From Azolla caroliniana (lineage: Eukaryota > Plantae > Polypodiophyta): DNA of 64,000 nucleotides. The notes under the pieces are model-generated. The model saw nothing but the letters and a program-made list of their open reading frames with translations. It searched no databases and had not been told where the DNA came from. Every line of letters starts with the position of its first letter. Position 1 is the first letter of the stretch. The translations under genes were made by a program, and so were the position numbers. Positions 59,601 to 64,000 of the stretch are shown here, one piece after another. The stretch covers positions 8,184,001 to 8,248,000 of the forward strand of contig JBHGNT010000014.1 of assembly GCA_043228905.1 (NCBI GenBank), written 5' to 3'.

Positions 59601-61270
59601 CACTCATTTTGATTTTAAGATTACATATCGTTCGGACAAGCAACAAGGGAAGGTGGATACATTATCACGATGCTCGTATCTAGCTCCTCGTCCTAGTGAT
59701 CCGGCCTTCGACAATCAAAACCAAGTAATCTTGGGACTGACACGACTTCAAGCAACGTGGGTCTTTGACACTCCATTGGATTCCTGCATTATCAATACCA
59801 TACATGAAGATCTGAAGATGGATGTTTTCGCTCAAACTATTCTAGATCAAATCGATTCTTTTTGGGCCTCTTGTTCACAATCACAACAACCAGGTATAGA
59901 TTATCAGCAATTCAAATGTCATAATGGATTACTCTTCTTTAAGAAACTTTTGTATGTTCCCAATGGTTCGTGCTGCCTTCGAATAGTACAAAATTGTCAT
60001 AACACATAAACAGTCAGACATTTTGGTAGTACTAAAACATTGGATTTAGTACAACAATCATTTTGGTGGCCCCGTATGTGAAGATTTTTTGAAGACTATG
60101 TTCGGACATGTGATACATGTTGTAGAGCGAAGATGCCGAGACATCATACTTATGGTTTGTTGGAGCCATTACCGATCCCAAGCAAACCATGGCAATTTAT
60201 TTCTCTCGATTTTATCACAAATCTTCCGGACTCGAGGGGTTTCAATGCAATCTTAATAGTGGTAGATTGATTTACTAAGATGGCACATTTCGTGCCCTGT
60301 ACTAAGGAAATTACTAGTGAAGAAACTGTTGGAATTGTTATGTGTGAAGTATTTCGGCATCATGGTCATCCCAATAGTATCATCAATGATTGTGGAGTGC
60401 AATTCGTCTCTAAATTTTGGAAACATCTCTTTAAAATGCTCAAGGTAACCTGCAACCTCCCTCTAACTATCATCCCCAAAAAGATGGACAAGCTGAACGT
60501 ACCAATCAAACATTGGAACAGTATCTTTGGTGTTTCCTAAGCTATCAACAAGATGATTGGGCGGATATTCTACATTTTGCTGAATTTGCTTATAATAATT
60601 CTACCCACTCCTCTACTAGGGTTTCACCGTTCTACGCTTATATCGGCTATCATCCTCACTAGTGTATGTTAGAAACCCCCGAGTTACCCACAAATCCTAG
60701 TGCAGAGGATCATTTGGAGCAATTACGACGAATTCAGGTAGAACTATCTACCCACCTACATCACGCCCAACAAACACAGAAGGACTGTGCGTATCGTCAG
60801 TGGCTTCCATCCCCTTTTAATATTGGAGATCAAGTATGACTATTATGACGGCACATCAAGACTACTAGACTGTGTAACAAACTGGATTATCGACGGCTAG
60901 GCCCTTTCCATATGAACGGAAAATTTAATTATGTTACTTTTCTCGTTGATCTTCCTCCGCAACTATGGATACATCCAGTATTTCATAGTTCTCTCCTAGA
61001 ACCCTATCAGGACAGCGCTATCCCAAATCGTATTACACCACCTCCACCCTCGATTGAACTTGAAGATGGACCTGAGTTCGAGGTTGCTGCCATCCTCGAC
61101 TCCAAGATTGTTCACAACAAGCTATTATTTGGTCGACTAGTTCGGATATAGTCCAAGCGAGCGTACTTGGGAACTAATGACGAATTTGACGAATGCTCAA
61201 GCTCATCTTGAAGACTTTCATCGTCAATATCTGAACAAACCAGGTCCTCAATCAAAGACGACTTGTAACA
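56663..61270 (+). pseudogene. Gy-I gag-pol (many stops/frameshifts)
   Basis: Fragments 56663-57076, 57247-57573, 58274-58909, 59108-60009, 60280-60540 and 60912-61151 are in gypsy domain order. Confidence 0.9.
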
Positions 61271-61314
61271 CTCGTTGTTTAAAGGGGGGGATAATGTCAT
61301 GATATAGCATGGTA

Positions 61315-61385
61315 TGGCATTAAAAGGATTTGAACCCATGACCTAGTGTCACATGGGTTGAAGCCCTACCATTAAGCTATATATT
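61315..61385 (-). promoter_or_regulatory. tRNA-derived Pol III-type cassette inside the Gy-I LTR
   Basis: Minus strand TAGCTTAATGG (A box)...GGTTCAAATCC (B box)...TGCCA. A partial copy is in the 5' LTR at 56189-56235. Confidence 0.65.
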
Positions 61386-61691
61386 ATAATACAAAGAATA
61401 TTGTTTTCATTTATTATTTCACTATAGAAAATTGATGTATATTCCAGATTTCTCTGGAACATTCTAGAAACTTCAGGAGTACTCCTGACAACACTATAAA
61501 GGAGGCACAAGGCATTATTTCGAACCAATTCGGTTCAACGCCAGTCTTAAGCCTCCTAGCTATTCTTGTACTTACACTTCATATAATATATCACCTGTTA
61601 TCATCATTCTCTCTCTCTCTCTCATGATTCTTACACACTCCCTTCCTCTTAGTAGTAATCCTCATAGTACTTTCCTTCTCTAGTACTAATT

Positions 61692-62489
61692 TCTTACAAA
61701 GTTTCTACAAGTTAAGAAACAAATGCCCTACACCCTCCTCCTTGAGACGAGATCGCTTCCCATTGAGATCATGGCCATGGAAAGGGTTGTTGAATACATT
61801 CCTAAGGTTCAAAAAAGTCACTCACATCGATTCCCTAGAATTGCATGGGAAGCAAGCAAAAAGATCCAAAAGACGCATAAAAGCAAAATTTTGTGTTCCA
61901 ATTGGATGCAAGATATAGAAAAATGGTTTGGTAGATGGGCTGCGAGACACTTGCTTCATGATGCATAATTAGATTCCTCTATAAATGAGGCCTTTTTGCA
62001 ACGCCAATGTATCATGACATGGGACAAATGTGGAGGCTCACACCTCACACATTATACTACACATGTTGCACCTAACTACAAAACCATATTCTTTGTAGAA
62101 CGGGGAAATCGTACACATGGATACATGTTAGAGCCCATACCGTTATCTGCCATTCGAACCATTCGTTGGGGCACAAGTGATAAGAGTGGTCGGCTATGCA
62201 CACTTTGCCCTAAACAAGTTCACCAGTCTGAGTATCACACTTTGATACAATGCTCTAGCTTTGATAATATTCGACCATGCTTTCCACATCTCTTCAACCG
62301 TGCCCAATCCTTGCATGAATTCCTCTCAAAACCACAATGTGCACTCTCGATTGCAACATTCATTGGTAAAGTTCTTGAACATCAAGAGTCAGTACTCTTT
62401 CACACGTATCACGTGAAATGTAATATTTTTGGTCTCATAGGTCATATTTGACCTCCAAAGACGAGAATATAATCTATCTATCTATCTAT
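61692..62489 (+). mobile_element. 5'-truncated non-LTR retrotransposon (LINE, possibly RTE-like) 3' end with an (ATCT)n tail
   Basis: LLETRSLPIE and C-terminal RLCTLCPKQVHQSEYHTLIQC (CCHC) motifs; microsatellite tail 62472-62490; the LTR sequence resumes immediately after. Confidence 0.75.
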
Positions 62490-63241
62490 CTCTCTATTTT
62501 AGTACTACTCCCGACACCGATCCACCTCCATGTACAGCATCTGACTGTCAGATTGAGTGGTCCTTGACCCACTCGTGTGGTTTTCTTCTACCATTAGCAT
62601 CGATTGCAGGTCAAAGAAGGACGATGGCTTCTCCCGAGTGCAAATCGTCGTCTGGATTGGCCCGTGCCATTGTGCTAGACCACCGAGATAGATCTGGACC
62701 ATCTCATCTTCGTCCATCGTCACGTTGTTGGACCCGAGTATGTCATAGATCTCCTTGATCTTGGTGGTTTAGTCAGTAATCGTCATGTCCCGTTGCCAGA
62801 TATTATTGAGCTCTTGACGGAGCTGCAACTTCCAAGCTATGGTACTTGCGGTGAAAATCTTCTAGAGATTTTCCCATGCCTCCTTCGGCGACTTTGCGTC
62901 TCTAATGTAGCTGAGCATCTAGTCGTGCACACACTCGGCGAGGCAATACAACACTCTGCTCGCTCCTTGTTCCCATGCCGAGAAGTCCTTGTGTGCCGAA
63001 TCCAACGCTGCTACATTTGCTGCTTCCACGTAGCTCCAGTATTTGTGCCCTAACAGGTACTTGTGCATCTTATACGACCAGGACACATAGTTGCTCTAAT
63101 CGAGCTTTTCTGTAGGAAGCGATCTCACCAAGCTTTTGTCCATATCTTTCTTCTCTCTTTTGTTCTTACCGATGATTAGGGTTTGTTTGTTTCAAGCAGT
63201 TGTCGGCAACAGAGGTTCTCAACCCTCGCACTCTGATACCA

Positions 63242-63639
63242 TGTAAAGAATTGCGTGTGGAAGCTTATAGGACAAACCGACTCAGCCGGATAACAACAAT
63301 AAACAGAAATGAAGGTTTAATGGGAGGTTGAGAATACACAATACATGGGAGAGCCAAAGAGAGCAAAACAACACAAACTTAATTTCAAAAATATCACTCT
63401 GTACATACAAATGTCCTACAAAACATTTTTTATACAAGTCCTTAAAAGGAATGACAGAAGTATTGACAAGTACTTCAATGCTCATACGAGCGACTGACAC
63501 TAACTCCAAGGAATATGCCTACATACTAGGCTAAGATTGTAGGCCTCTAACGGCCTACCGGTTACAATCCGATCCGGATACCAATCTGGCTCCGGATTAT
63601 TCAACCGATCTGGATCCGATTGAGGTTGTCTGCTCAACA
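63242..63639 (-). repeat. 5' LTR of Co-H
   Basis: TGTAA...CAACA termini; adjacent iMet PBS. Confidence 0.88.
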
Positions 63640-64000
63640 ACGAGTTATTTCATTTTTATGGGTTACCAATGGATATCGTGAGTGATGAAGATCCAAAGTT
63701 TACTACATTGAGCATGAGCTCCACGGATCATCGTCAATCCTATGGATAGACAGAACGAGTAAATCAAATTATTGAGGACATGCTTCGTGCATATGTTGGT
63801 ACAAAACCAACAAAATGGGAACACTATCTCCCAATTTTGGAGTTTGCTTATAACAGCTCCAAGCATACATCAACAGGATATAGTCCTTTTATGTTGATGT
63901 ATGGTTTTCAGCCACGAGCCCCAATTGATGTTAATATACATCATGATGAGTTGCGAAGTACGCAAAACTTTCTTCAAGATATTCAATATATGTTGCGTAT
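63640..64000 (+). pseudogene. Chromovirus integrase fragment (Gy-D family), host of Co-H
   Basis: Similar to 28203-28610 (FYGLPMDIVSD...QTERVNQIIEDMLRAYV), with a ~39-bp deletion at an ACTA microhomology. Confidence 0.88.

Larger units (their letters stand above)
56189..62516 (+). mobile_element. Degenerate Tcn1/Tf1-like chromovirus Gy-I; 5' LTR clipped, 3' LTR split by a LINE
   Basis: 5' LTR 56189-56592; 3' LTR 61295-61691 plus ~62490-62516; PPT 61280-61294. Gag [33 protein letters not shown], chromodomain EFEVAAILDSK. Confidence 0.9.
53591..63639 (-). mobile_element. Copia element Co-H (3'-truncated), gag interrupted by Gy-I
   Basis: 5' LTR 63242-63639; PBS 63230-63241; gag 62517-63143; remaining gag, protease, integrase and RT at 53591-56188, heavily mutated. 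Confidence 0.9.

Noticed and set aside
61315-61385. Functional tRNA gene (also 52929-52998)
   Set aside because: The acceptor, anticodon and T stems do not pair properly. Only the A/B boxes and spacing persist, so these are reported as tRNA-derived cassettes.
61723-62451. Captured host gene
   Set aside because: The CCHC motif, internal stop and (ATCT)n tail fit a LINE 3' end better.

Overview
No host gene is recognisable in this 64-kb window. It is a eukaryotic retrotransposon cluster; the element types suggest a non-seed land plant such as a bryophyte, lycophyte or fern, which is an inference. It holds roughly 15 nested or fragmentary LTR retrotransposons (Ty1/copia and Ty3/gypsy) plus one 5'-truncated LINE. 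Four insertions have clear 5-bp target-site duplications: GATGT, GAACC, GAAAC and TGCGT. One chromovirus-type gypsy element (22494-29602) has near-identical LTRs and a single uninterrupted 1467-aa gag-pol ORF. All other elements are pseudogenised, largely by C-to-T/G-to-A stops, frameshifts and deletions. Four signals are the most unusual. (1) Antisense tRNA-like A-box/B-box (Pol III-type) cassettes sit near the 5' end of two unrelated LTR or LTR-like sequences. (2) A Tcn1-like element has no tRNA primer site but shows a Tf1-type self-priming complementarity. (3) A copia lineage has a duplicated polypurine tract and a charged, Arg-rich Pol extension that reads into the 3' LTR. (4) Competing hairpins lie across the PPT/LTR junction in that lineage. 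Coordinates were read by eye. Lineage names are motif-based inferences, not database results.
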